A stretch of DNA of 63,937 nt, counting the filler, from Candidatus Woesearchaeota archaeon (GTDB taxonomy: Archaea > Nanobdellota > Nanobdellia > Woesearchaeales > J072), in assembly GCA_003695265.1 (NCBI GenBank). It is 4 parts of 4 records of this genome, joined end to end, with 100 filler letters (N's around TTAATTAATTAA, not from the genome) between each part and the next. Parts side by side here need not be neighbours in the genome. Positions count along the whole stretch, not along the records: positions 1 to 16,213 come from RFII01000009.1; positions 16,314 to 41,012 come from RFII01000073.1; 2 more parts are not named here. The stretch is one strand, 5' to 3'. A program made the translations under genes and the position numbers. Positions 13,454 through 22,988 of the stretch are shown in pieces (positions within the stretch are counted from its first letter, which is position 1; each line of letters begins with the position of its first letter). The notes beneath the pieces are model-generated. The model made no database searches. It was not told the DNA's origin and saw only the letters and a program-made list of their open reading frames with translations.

Positions 13454-14047
13454 ATGATTAAGGCTTTTAACAGGTGGGACACAGCAGGAATCAAGGTTCA
13501 GGATCCGGGCCTTGTTAATTACATTAATCTTAAGCCTCTTTTTGTTCCGAAAACAACTGGGAGATATGCAAAATTCCGCTTTCACAAGTCAAAAGCATTT
13601 ATTGTGGAGCGCTTGGTTAACATGCTTTTTGTTCCAGGCCATAAGGGAAAAAAGCATAAGTACACTTCTGGCCATTGCACTGGCAAGTCGCAGACAGCCT
13701 ACAAAATAGTGGAAGAGGCGTTTAAGAAAATCGAGGCCAGGACAAAGAAGAATCCTATTGAGGTTTACGTCAGGGCTATTGAGCATGCTGCTCCCAGAGA
13801 GGCCATAATTACTATTGAGTATGGAGGGGCGCGCTATCCGAAGGCTGTTGAGTGTTCGCCGCAGAGAAGGGTTGACCTTGCTTTGAGGATGATGGTTCAG
13901 GGAGCTTACGCGAAGTCCTTTAATTCTAAGAAGCCCATGGTTGATGCTTTGGCTGATGAGATAATTGCCGCTTATAACCTAAGCCAGAGTTCTAACGCTA
14001 TTGCCAAGAAGCTTGAGATAGAAAGGCAGGCTGACGCGAGCCGTTAA
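13454..14047 (+). CDS. rps7: 30S ribosomal protein S7
   Basis: IVERLVN, SPQRRVDLALR, ERQADASR. Confidence 0.95.
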   Translation: MIKAFNRWDTAGIKVQDPGLVNYINLKPLFVPKTTGRYAKFRFHKSKAFIVERLVNMLFVPGHKGKKHKYTSGHCTGKSQTAYKIVEEAFKKIEARTKKNPIEVYVRAIEHAAPREAIITIEYGGARYPKAVECSPQRRVDLALRMMVQGAYAKSFNSKKPMVDALADEIIAAYNLSQSSNAIAKKLEIERQADASR

Positions 14048-14091
14048 AAAAATCAAAATCTTAATAAACATCTGTTGTTATACATTTTTTT

Positions 14092-14481
14092 ATGCCCTTA
14101 TTCAAATCAACTCCTATTATAGAACCAAAATCCATTTCAGAGCTGTACCAGCAGCTTAGGAATCTTGATGAGCGCTTGAAGGTTTTGGATAAGAACTTTA
14201 AGAAGGAGGGAATGTTTTCTAGAAAGGAATCTGATTCTATCATGCTTTCACAGCTTTCTTTTGATGAGGACATAAAAGAAATAAAGGAAAGCATTGCCAA
14301 GATAAAAAGAAAAATGAAAGTTTTGAGGACAGAGCTGCATTACATAATAAATGATTTGAAGCAAATAGTAACAATTAACGAGTTTGAGCGTTTCAAAGAG
14401 AGGGTTGATTTGTGGGCTCCTGAGAAATTCCTCACAAAAGAGGAAGTTGACAAATTGATGAGGACCTTGCTTAGTTCTTAA
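14092..14481 (+). CDS. Hypothetical coiled-coil protein
   Basis: 129 aa ORF with helical/heptad character. Confidence 0.55.
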   Translation: MPLFKSTPIIEPKSISELYQQLRNLDERLKVLDKNFKKEGMFSRKESDSIMLSQLSFDEDIKEIKESIAKIKRKMKVLRTELHYIINDLKQIVTINEFERFKERVDLWAPEKFLTKEEVDKLMRTLLSS

Positions 14482-15715
14482 TTATTCTGACGCTTTTTAT
14501 TCCTTTCTCTGACACTTCATCAATCTCAAGCTTGAAATGCTTGAATTTTATGCTCTCTCCTTTCTTTGGTATTCTTCGAAGCTTGCTCTCAATATAACCA
14601 GCGAGAGTGCTGAAATTCTTTGGCTGGATGTTCAGCTTTAGGAGTTTGTTTATCTCATCTATTGGTATTGACGCGTTTATTCTTATAATGTTCTTGCTTA
14701 GTTTCTTCACGTATTTGCTTGACTTCTTGCTCTTGTCAAAAATGTCCCCCACTATTTCTTCCAGTATGTCTTCCATTGTGACCAGGCCTGTCACGTCGCC
14801 GTACTCGTTCACTACTATTGCCATAGGAATTTTTTTGCCCTCAAACTCGTACAGCAAGTCATTAATCTCTTTTGATTCCGGCACAAAAAAGGTTTCTTTG
14901 GCTATTCTCTTTATTTTTGCCCCCAGCCTTTTGCTCTTAATATAGATTAAGATGTCGTCAACGTCAAGTATGCCTATAATGTTGTTTTTATTGTTCTGGT
15001 ATACTGGAAACCTTGAGTACGGGCTTTTTATTACAAAATTAATGACATCTTTTATTGTTTTTTCTCCGTCCACCATGTCTATTTGCGGCTTCGGCGTCAT
15101 TATCTCATTGACTTTTGTGTCTCTGAACTCTAGAACGTTGTGCATTATTTCTGCGGCTTCTTTCTCTATAAGTCCTTCTTTTTCACCCATTGAGACAACA
15201 GTCTTCACTTCTTCTATTGATAACTTGTTTGAGTCTTTTGAGCCCATTATTCTTGACACTACTTTTGTCAGTGCTTCAAACAACTTTACGAGAGGCCAGA
15301 GTATTTTGATGAGCAGCTCGACAGGCCTTGCCGCAATCAGCGAAATTGTTTCTGCGTTCTGTGCGCAAAAAGTCTTTGGGATTATTTCTCCGAACACGAG
15401 TATGAAGAAAGTCATCACTCCCGTTGCTATTCCAGCGCCTGAAGAACCAAAGATGTTGGTGAAGAGAACAGTTGCCAGAGAAGCAGCACCTATATTCACA
15501 AGGTTATTGCCAATAAGCACGGTTATTATAAGTTTGTGCGGCTCGTGCTTTATCCTGTGCAGCGCTTCTGAGCCCCTTTTCTTCTGCTTTAAGAGCGACT
15601 TTACCTTAATCATGCTTACTGACATCAGCGCGGTTTCCACTCCGGAGAATACTCCAGACAGCCCTATGAGGGCCAAAAGAAAAACGATCTGCGACTCATA
15701 CATTGTCTCTACCAA
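14471..15715 (-). CDS. CNNM/hemolysin-family (DUF21-CBS-CorC) membrane protein
   Basis: FSGVETAL, LIGNNLVNI, FGEIIPK, YSRFPVY, EDILEEIVGDI. Confidence 0.9.
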   Translation of the reverse strand: MVETMYESQIVFLLALIGLSGVFSGVETALMSVSMIKVKSLLKQKKRGSEALHRIKHEPHKLIITVLIGNNLVNIGAASLATVLFTNIFGSSGAGIATGVMTFFILVFGEIIPKTFCAQNAETISLIAARPVELLIKILWPLVKLFEALTKVVSRIMGSKDSNKLSIEEVKTVVSMGEKEGLIEKEAAEIMHNVLEFRDTKVNEIMTPKPQIDMVDGEKTIKDVINFVIKSPYSRFPVYQNNKNNIIGILDVDDILIYIKSKRLGAKIKRIAKETFFVPESKEINDLLYEFEGKKIPMAIVVNEYGDVTGLVTMEDILEEIVGDIFDKSKKSSKYVKKLSKNIIRINASIPIDEINKLLKLNIQPKNFSTLAGYIESKLRRIPKKGESIKFKHFKLEIDEVSEKGIKSVRIIKN

Positions 15716-15782
15716 TTCATTTATGCTTAGGACTCTTATATAAATCTATTGGATTTGTTGGCAGAAGCCTTGGAAATATTTT

Positions 15783-15810
15783 GCAATGGGGCAAGCCCCC
15801 TTGAACCCCC
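15783..15810 (-). repeat. GGGGTTCAAGGGG..CCCCATTG palindromic repeat copy
   Basis: Minus strand reads GGGGGTTCAAGGGGGCTTGCCCCATTGC immediately after a stop codon; similar copies at 48241, 49126-49258 and 25824. Confidence 0.6.
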
Positions 15811-16213
15811 TTACCATACTGCTTTGTATGCTGCTATTCTGTGCGTTATCACGCCGTCTTCCGCTAGCAGCTTGAAGTGCTTTAAGCCTTCCCCTTTGAG
15901 AAGAAGCATTTTTATGAATAAGGAATCAGCGTACTTATCCTTAACGAGCACTGATTTTATTACAGGCCCTTTTGTGTAAAGGATTAAGGCATAGGGAATG
16001 TTTCCTTCAAGCTCGTGCCTTGTCACGTTCTCGTCCACAATTATGAGGCTGCTTGGCACATACCTTCCATAGCTCACTTTTCCTGTTTTTAAGTTTATGT
16101 TGAATTTGTTGCCGCACTTTATAACCCCTTTTTCCTCGTTGCAGTTGCTGTCCCTAATGTCAAATCTGGGCAATTTTCCCAAAATCATTCTCTCCTTTAT
16201 TTTCAAGTACTCA
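15811..16213 (-). CDS. aglB: Probable C-terminus of oligosaccharyltransferase AglB/STT3, truncated by gap
   Basis: C-terminal YADSLFIKMLLLKGEGLKHFKLL resembles AglB C-termini; catalytic motifs lie beyond the gap. Confidence 0.5.
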
Positions 16214-16313
16214 NNNNNNNNNNNNNNNNNNNNNNNNNNNNNNNNNNNNNNNNNNNNTTAATTAATTAANNNNNNNNNNNNNNNNNNNNNNNNNNNNNNN
16301 NNNNNNNNNNNNN
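16214..16313. other. Assembly gap/contig join with artificial linker
   Basis: N runs flanking TTAATTAATTAA (stops in all frames). Confidence 0.95.
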
Positions 16314-16384
16314 TAAATCTCGCCGCTGGGAAAAACAAAGCCTTTCTTCTTGCAAAAAACAGCCATTTCATCTATTGTCAGCAT
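16314..16384 (-). CDS. glyS: N-terminal fragment of glycyl-tRNA synthetase (alpha2 type), truncated by gap
   Basis: Manual translation MLTIDEMAVFCKKKGFVFPSGEI matches the conserved KRRGFxFxSxEIYGG start of GlyRS. Confidence 0.8.
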
Positions 16385-16507
16385 TTTAGTAAATGGTTGG
16401 ATTAAAATATAAATAGTTAACGGATTTTAAATTAAAATGATAATCAGAAAAAAACAAATTTTTACAATGTTGCAAGGACCTTTTGTAAAACATTTTTTTA
16501 GTAAAAA

Positions 16508-17716
16508 TTATTTTTTTAACCAATCAATTTCCTCTCTTTCCAACTCCAAAGAATTCGCAATATCACCTGCCATTTTCTTGTTCTTCCTGAATATTATTTG
16601 CAAATAAGGAATAATGTCTTGTATTGCGCGTCTTGTTGAGCAGTGCGTTTTCTCAGCAACTTTCTCTGCGATTGCTTTTCTTTTGAGGAACTTCTGGTTT
16701 GCCATCCAGATCTTCAGCAGGCGCTTGGTCTGCTTGTACTCCCTAACTCCATCGTATTTTTTGTCCTTGGACACAGACACTCCTCCTGTCAAGAGTGAGT
16801 TAACATAAACTAAGTAGCGCCAGTCCTGCCTCCTTTTTATTCTTCTCCTGAAAACGTCGGCTTTTGCAACGTAATCGTAAGCCCTGCTCAAATCAATAGG
16901 TTTTTTGTACTCGTAAGGAAGGTTTTCGTCTATCCACAGCATGCACTTGTCAAGGTCGTCGTCAACGTTGTCAAAAGCAGAAACAGCTATTTCTGGGTTG
17001 GTCGTCTTGAATATTAAGGTAAGGGCGTTTTGAATGCTTTGCGTCTTTTCTCTTTGGTCAAGGCTTTCCATTTCCTTGTCAGTCAGCTTGCCTGTGTACT
17101 GGCTTAATGCCTGCAAGTCGTTTATGGCAGCCCTCATGTCGCCGCCGACCTGCCTTGCAAGGCTTTTCAAAGCATTGTCCTCTGCGCTGATTTCCTCATC
17201 TCTGCATATTTTTTTAAGTGTCTCAAATATTGTCTTGTATTCAAGCTCTTCAAACTCGATAAGCTCTGCCTCTTTCCGCAGCGGCTTCAGCCTTTGGTCA
17301 AACGCATCATGAGCAGTCATTATTATGGGAAAAGGCGAATTTTTTATGAGCTTCGCAATAGCTGATATTCCGCCCCTGTCCTTTGTGCCGCTCAACCCGT
17401 CAACCTCGTCAACAAGAATTATTTTTGACTTGAAAAACAGCGACTGCTGGCCAAGGGCGTTCCCTATAATGCTCTGAATGGCAGCCTGGTTCCTGAAGTC
17501 AGAAGCATTAAGCTCAATAAGCTCATAGCCTAACTCATTAGCCAGGGCGTGCACAGAGCTTGTTTTTCCGCAGCCGTAAGGCCCGTAAATAAACGCTGCC
17601 TTCTTTTTCTTTGACTTGTGATTAAGAACAAAGTCTTTTAATTGGAGTAATGCTTTGTTCTGTCCGCGAATGTCAGAAAGCTTCTTCGGCTTATGCTTCA
17701 AAACCCATGGCTTCAT
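16508..17716 (-). CDS. rfcL: Replication factor C large subunit
   Basis: PWVLKHKP, GPYGCGKTS, ELNASD, LVDEVDG, GDMRAAINDLQ. Confidence 0.93.
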   Translation of the reverse strand: MKPWVLKHKPKKLSDIRGQNKALLQLKDFVLNHKSKKKKAAFIYGPYGCGKTSSVHALANELGYELIELNASDFRNQAAIQSIIGNALGQQSLFFKSKIILVDEVDGLSGTKDRGGISAIAKLIKNSPFPIIMTAHDAFDQRLKPLRKEAELIEFEELEYKTIFETLKKICRDEEISAEDNALKSLARQVGGDMRAAINDLQALSQYTGKLTDKEMESLDQREKTQSIQNALTLIFKTTNPEIAVSAFDNVDDDLDKCMLWIDENLPYEYKKPIDLSRAYDYVAKADVFRRRIKRRQDWRYLVYVNSLLTGGVSVSKDKKYDGVREYKQTKRLLKIWMANQKFLKRKAIAEKVAEKTHCSTRRAIQDIIPYLQIIFRKNKKMAGDIANSLELEREEIDWLKK

Positions 17717-17784
17717 AAAAGAATGCAAAGACGTTGAAGTATATTAAGTTTTTCGCAATCTGGCAATCTCTTAAAGATTCCAAA

Positions 17785-17881
17785 AGTTAAGTCAGCTTAA
17801 TAATGCTAATTCTTGATGTTGAGGGGCGGTGCGGGTGGGGCTAATTTTTGTAATTACCTAACACAACAAAACGATTTAACC
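17785..17881. mobile_element. MITE-like element copy 1 (degenerate)
   Basis: AGTTAAGTCAG...GGGTGGGGCTAA..ACAACAAAACGATTTAACC aligns with copies at 25722 and 34870. Confidence 0.6.
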
Positions 17882-17926
17882 CTAATCCCGCAACATTTAT
17901 ATAAAAGCAAGGAGTTCTCGTGGAGT

Positions 17927-20338
17927 ATGGAACTGCCTAAGTATTACAACGCGAAAGAAGCCGAGAAGAAGTGGCAGTCTTTCTGGGAGAAAGAAAAGAT
18001 TTACAGGTTTGATCCTGACAGCGATAAGCCTGTTTATTCTATAGACGTTCCGCCGCCGTACGCTTCTGCCGGGCATTTGCATATAGGCCATGCTTTGCAT
18101 TACACGCAGTTTGAGATTATCGCACGCTATAAGAGAATGGCAGGCTTCAACGTTCATTTCGCGCCGTGCTTTGACAACAACGGCTTGCCTACAGAGAAGT
18201 ACGTCGAGGAAAAGCATAAAGTGTCAAAAAACACGATCAGCAAGGCAGAGTTCAGGAAGCTTTGCCTTGAAGAGTCAAGGAAAGTTGAGAAGGAGTACAG
18301 CGACAAGGTGTTCAGGACACTAGGCCATTCTTATGACTGGAGCCTGTTATACACCACGATCGACCCTGAGGCGCAGCAGGTTTCGCAGCACTCATTCGTT
18401 GACCTCTACAAAAAAGGAATGGTTTACAGGGCGGAAGAGCCTACGCTGTGGTGCCCGCACCACCAAACAGCCTTAGCGCAGGCCGAAATAGAGAACGTTG
18501 ACAGGAGTACTGTGTTGAATGACATAACATTTGACCTTGAGGACGGCGGAAAAATAACAATAGCGACTACGAGGCCTGAATTCCTGCCTGCGTGCGTCGG
18601 CATATTCATACACCCTGATGACAAGAGGAACAAGCACTTGGTCGGCAAAAAAGTTATTGTGCCTATTTTCGGCCACAAAGTAAAAGTCTTTACTGACGAA
18701 ACAGTTGACATGGATTTCGGCTCAGGAATCATGATGGTGTGCACTTTCGGCGACAACGCTGACATTGAGAAATGGAAGAAACACAACTTAGACTTGAAAA
18801 TATGCATAACACGTGACGGAAAGATGAACGAGCTCGCCGGAAAATATGAGGGCTTAACATTGAATGAGGCAAAGGAGAAAATACTTGAAGACCTCAAAGC
18901 AGAGGGCCGCGTTACAAAGCAGGAAAAACTGCAGCAAACAGTTGGCACTTGCTGGCGCTGCAACACGCCAGTAGAGTTCATTGTGACAAAACAGTGGTTT
19001 ATCAAAACATTAGAGCACAAAGACGCGCTTATAAGGCAGGGAAGAAAAATAAGGTGGTTTCCCGAGTTCTACCGAAAAAGGTATGAGGACTGGACTAATA
19101 ACCTTGCGTGGAACTGGTGCATTTCAAGGCAGCGCTTTTACGGAGTTCCGATACCTGTGTGGTACTGCAAGAAATGCGATGAGACAATAGTAGCTGATTT
19201 CGAGCAGCTTCCAGTCGATCCTGAGAAGGACAAGCCGAGAAAATCTTGCAAGTGCGGGTCAAAAGAGTTTGTTCCGGAAGAGGACGTCTTTGATACTTGG
19301 ATGACCTCAAGCATGTCTCCGGAAATAGCAGTAAGATGGCTGAAAAAACCAGAATCTTTCAAAAAGATGTTCCCAACTTCTTTAAGGCCGCAGTCCCATG
19401 ACATTATAAGGACGTGGGCATTTTACACAATCCTGAAGGCTTACCTTCATTTCAATGAGATACCTTGGAAAGACATTGCAATAGGTACTTTTGTTCTCGA
19501 CCCAAAAGGAAGGGGTATGCACAAGTCAAAAGGAAACGCTATTTGGACCCACGAACTGCTTGACAAATACAACGTTGATGTTGTGAGGTACTGGGTCGGA
19601 ACAGCCACTTGGGGAGAAGACCTTCCATTCCAGGAAAAAGACCTGGTTGCCGGCCAGAGGTTCCTGACAAAATTATGGAACGCCTCAAAGTTTGTGATAA
19701 TGAACGTGAAAGGCTTTAGCAAAAAAGACAAGGAAGAGCTTGAGGTTATTGACAAGTGGCTGTTGTCAAAGCTCAGCAGATTAGTAAAACAAACAACAGA
19801 GTTCTTTGACGCTTACAGAACCAGCGAGGCTAAAAAGGCTGCTGAGCAGTTCTTCTGGCACGTGTTCTGCGACAATTACCTAGAGATTGTGAAGCACAGG
19901 CTTTACGAGAACAAAAAGGGAAGCAAAGCAGCAAAGCACACCCTTTACCAAGCCTTACTAACAATACTAAAGCTCTTCTCACCTATAGTGCCGCACATAA
20001 CAGAGGAGATTTACCAGTTGTTCTTCAGGGAATACGAAAAAGAGAAGAGCATTCATGTTTCTGAGTGGCCTAAAGAAGGCGAGGCTGATGAGAAAGCCCT
20101 GGAAACAGGAGACAAAGCAGTTGCCATTATAAGCGCTGTGAGAAGGCACAAGTCAGAAAACAATATGTCTTTGAAAACACCAATCAAAGAATTAGTAATT
20201 GAATGCGATAAGAAAACAGAAGCTGAGCTTAATAAAACGATTGATGACATAAAAGGCGCTACAAACGCAGAAAAGATTAGTTTCGGCAAGGCTGACAAAG
20301 AGGTTTTTGAAGGAATAAAGATAAAAGTGTCTTTTTAA
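17927..20338 (+). CDS. valS: Valyl-tRNA synthetase
   Basis: HLHIGH, IATTRPE, WCISRQR, DVFDTWMTSS, GMHKSKGN (KMSKS variant); start at ATG 17927. Confidence 0.95.
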   Translation: MELPKYYNAKEAEKKWQSFWEKEKIYRFDPDSDKPVYSIDVPPPYASAGHLHIGHALHYTQFEIIARYKRMAGFNVHFAPCFDNNGLPTEKYVEEKHKVSKNTISKAEFRKLCLEESRKVEKEYSDKVFRTLGHSYDWSLLYTTIDPEAQQVSQHSFVDLYKKGMVYRAEEPTLWCPHHQTALAQAEIENVDRSTVLNDITFDLEDGGKITIATTRPEFLPACVGIFIHPDDKRNKHLVGKKVIVPIFGHKVKVFTDETVDMDFGSGIMMVCTFGDNADIEKWKKHNLDLKICITRDGKMNELAGKYEGLTLNEAKEKILEDLKAEGRVTKQEKLQQTVGTCWRCNTPVEFIVTKQWFIKTLEHKDALIRQGRKIRWFPEFYRKRYEDWTNNLAWNWCISRQRFYGVPIPVWYCKKCDETIVADFEQLPVDPEKDKPRKSCKCGSKEFVPEEDVFDTWMTSSMSPEIAVRWLKKPESFKKMFPTSLRPQSHDIIRTWAFYTILKAYLHFNEIPWKDIAIGTFVLDPKGRGMHKSKGNAIWTHELLDKYNVDVVRYWVGTATWGEDLPFQEKDLVAGQRFLTKLWNASKFVIMNVKGFSKKDKEELEVIDKWLLSKLSRLVKQTTEFFDAYRTSEAKKAAEQFFWHVFCDNYLEIVKHRLYENKKGSKAAKHTLYQALLTILKLFSPIVPHITEEIYQLFFREYEKEKSIHVSEWPKEGEADEKALETGDKAVAIISAVRRHKSENNMSLKTPIKELVIECDKKTEAELNKTIDDIKGATNAEKISFGKADKEVFEGIKIKVSF

Positions 20339-20451
20339 CAGTTTTGTACGAAATAATCAATAATCTGTTCTTTTTTTTAATTAATCAGCATAAAATTTAA
20401 ATATAATCATTTTTCTCATTAATCATATAAAGTATTACTTTTAGGAGGAGG

Positions 20452-21303
20452 GTGGTTTTTATGGAGGAAGATCTTATTGAAGAGCCAATAAATTCTGAAG
20501 ATTCAGGCGGAATGGCCTATCAGATTCACAGGGGGTTTACCGAAAGGGAGCTTGCAAGGAGAACAAGAAGAAGAGAGGACGGATTTGGCAGAGCAAAAAG
20601 AAACTCTGCGCCTCCTTTTGCTCATAGAAGAGAAGGAAAAACGTACAAGCTTCCAAGCATTGAGGATGAATTAAGGTTTAGTTCTCCGTCACCGAATGAA
20701 AACGTATTAGAATGCCAAGATAACCCAGAACCATACATTATTGCGATGAGCCAGCATTATGGTGTTCCAATAAGTGATGTTTGCAAGGCAGTTAATTGTT
20801 ACGGCCAGGAAATAACTGATATTGTGTTGGGAATGGGGGTCAGTCTTAATGAGTTCATGGAATTATTTGGAAGGGCATTTATTGACAATGGAAAAACGTA
20901 CTTTCTTTCTCGGAACGCTGAGATTTTGCTTGGTGAAAATGTGGAAAGGTTCAACTATGACAAAAGTTTGCTGGAAAACGGCAACGGCGTGAGAATGCTA
21001 GCCGAAGAATTAGGAGACCGTGTAAAAATACTGGAAAATGATGGCTTAGTTTTTGTTATTCCGAAAGCAAGTGGTTATGTTCCATCAGTTATTCCAAGAG
21101 ATGAAGAAGAAGCTGTAAGGCTTGGGCTGCTGGACGGACCAAGAACTCCAAGGGAGAAAGAAGCGCCGCCAGAGAAAAGAACACCTATTAAAATAAGAGA
21201 TCCTGTAACCGGTAGGTATATAAGCATAGGCATTAATGACAGGGACAGCCCTTTTGGGTCTGGGCACTTGTACGAGCACTTGGCATCGAGGATGGACAGA
21301 TGA
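20452..21303 (+). CDS. Hypothetical protein
   Basis: 283 aa ORF preceded by AGGAGG; no recognisable motif. Confidence 0.55.
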   Translation: MVFMEEDLIEEPINSEDSGGMAYQIHRGFTERELARRTRRREDGFGRAKRNSAPPFAHRREGKTYKLPSIEDELRFSSPSPNENVLECQDNPEPYIIAMSQHYGVPISDVCKAVNCYGQEITDIVLGMGVSLNEFMELFGRAFIDNGKTYFLSRNAEILLGENVERFNYDKSLLENGNGVRMLAEELGDRVKILENDGLVFVIPKASGYVPSVIPRDEEEAVRLGLLDGPRTPREKEAPPEKRTPIKIRDPVTGRYISIGINDRDSPFGSGHLYEHLASRMDR

Positions 21304-21566
21304 GAATAGAGCCTTCACAAATAAGCGTTGAAGCATACCAAAAAATAGCTTTTATAGGAGCTTACGTTGATTACTTTAACAAAGGGAGTACTCCTGTTGA
21401 AAGGTTGGCTGAGGAAGCCTCGGTCCTTTTTGACGTTATGCGCGGCGCAGAAGAATTAAGGAAGTGCCAGTCAGAATTAGAGGCGTGCGCAAGAGAATTC
21501 CCGAAGCCGTACGGCCAAGCAGTAGAGCAGGCAAGAAACGACTTAACCGGCCCTGGATTGCAATAA
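21300..21566 (+). CDS. Hypothetical protein
   Basis: 88 aa ORF with ATGA overlap to upstream gene. Confidence 0.45.
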   Translation: MRIEPSQISVEAYQKIAFIGAYVDYFNKGSTPVERLAEEASVLFDVMRGAEELRKCQSELEACAREFPKPYGQAVEQARNDLTGPGLQ

Positions 21567-22952
21567 TTTTTTTATTCTTACACCTTGAGGAGTATCATCA
21601 AGCTCGTATCCTTTCTTTCTTATCTCATCCCTTATCCTGTCTGCTTCGGCAAAGTTCTTTTCTTTTCTGGCGTTTTGCCTTTTCTCAACCAAGTCAAGAA
21701 TTTCCTTAGGAATGTCTTCTTCTCCAAAATCCATTACACCTAGAACAGAATCAAATTTTTTCATAAGGCCAAGAATTTCCTCAGCGTTTTCTTTGGAAAT
21801 CTCATTTTTGCCAAGCAAAGTGTTTATCTCCTTGACAAAGTTAAAGATTGATGCTAATGCGTTTGCAATGTTAAGGTCGTCATCCATGTAATCCTCAAAC
21901 TCTTTCTGAACTTTTTCAACAGGTTTCTTTATGTCGCTTTTCTTGCCGTTTGCGTCTTTGACATTCAGTATAAAATCCTGAAGCCTCTTCACAGCATTCA
22001 AAGAAGCGTCTAAGCCATTAAAAGTGAAGTTCAGTTTTTGGCGGTAATGCGTCGCAAGCAGCTCGTACCTAATCGCGATTGGGTTGTAGCCCTTATTAAC
22101 CAATTCCCTGACAGTGAAGAAATTTCCCAGAGACTTTGACATTTTCTTGCCTTCAACAACAAGGTGTGAGTTATGCACCCAGTAATTCACGAATTTCTTC
22201 TTGTTCGCGCATTCGCTCTGCGCAATCTCGTTAGTGTGGTGCGGGAAAATAAGGTCGATTCCGCCGCCGTGAATGTCAAACGTTTCGCCTAAGTACTTTG
22301 AGGACATCGCGCTGCACTCAATATGCCAGCCGGGCCTTCCTTTTCCGATTTCTGTGTCCCAGAAAACATCGCCGTCATCCTCTGTGTAGGCTTTCCATAG
22401 CACAAAGTCTTTTGCGTCCTCCTTTTCGTACTCGTCAGCATCAACTCTTCCAGAAGCAGAGTCTTTCAACGAGTCAAGGTCTAAGTGAGCTAGCTTGCCA
22501 TAGTCAGGAAAAGATGATATTCTAAAGTAAATTGAGCCGTCTTTCTCGTAAGTATGACCGTTCTTAACCAGTTTTTGAATTAAAGCAACCATTTCCTTTA
22601 TGTGCTCAGTTGCTTTTGGCATTATTTCAGGAAGGTTAATATTAAGGGTTTTCATGTCCTCAAGAAACGCTCTTGTGTAAAATTCAGTGTATTCCTTTAG
22701 TGACTTGCCCTGAGCCCTGCTGTTCCTTATCGTTTTGTCATCAACGTCAGTTATGTTCATGACATGCTTTACCCTGAACCCTTTGTAAACAAGGTAGCGG
22801 TGCAGCAAATCATAAAAAACATAAGCCCTGAAATTGCCTAAGTGAGCATAATCATAGACGGTGGGCCCGCAAGTGTAAAGACCAACTTCTCCTTTTCTAA
22901 TTGGCTTGAACTTTTCCTTCTTTCTCTTAAGGGTGTTGTACAATTTAAGCAT
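21543..22952 (-). CDS. cysS: Cysteinyl-tRNA synthetase
   Basis: CGPTVYDYAHLGN, GRPGWHIECS, KMSKS. Confidence 0.97.
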   Translation of the reverse strand: MLKLYNTLKRKKEKFKPIRKGEVGLYTCGPTVYDYAHLGNFRAYVFYDLLHRYLVYKGFRVKHVMNITDVDDKTIRNSRAQGKSLKEYTEFYTRAFLEDMKTLNINLPEIMPKATEHIKEMVALIQKLVKNGHTYEKDGSIYFRISSFPDYGKLAHLDLDSLKDSASGRVDADEYEKEDAKDFVLWKAYTEDDGDVFWDTEIGKGRPGWHIECSAMSSKYLGETFDIHGGGIDLIFPHHTNEIAQSECANKKKFVNYWVHNSHLVVEGKKMSKSLGNFFTVRELVNKGYNPIAIRYELLATHYRQKLNFTFNGLDASLNAVKRLQDFILNVKDANGKKSDIKKPVEKVQKEFEDYMDDDLNIANALASIFNFVKEINTLLGKNEISKENAEEILGLMKKFDSVLGVMDFGEEDIPKEILDLVEKRQNARKEKNFAEADRIRDEIRKKGYELDDTPQGVRIKKLLQSRAG

Positions 22953-22988
22953 TTTTATGAGAATGAAACTCTTGGATTATTTAAATAT

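Noticed and set aside
14607..15743. Long antisense ORFs (e.g. 14952-15743, 18424-19020, 34147-34806)
   Set aside because: Shadows of well-supported genes on the opposite strand
16258..16269. TTAATTAATTAA palindrome recurring three times (also near 41057 and 57515)
   Set aside because: Always centred in N runs; an artificial contig linker, not biology
17813..17926. 38-aa N-terminal extension of ValRS in the ORF track
   Set aside because: Runs through the MITE-like element and TATA box; ATG 17927 fits the family start
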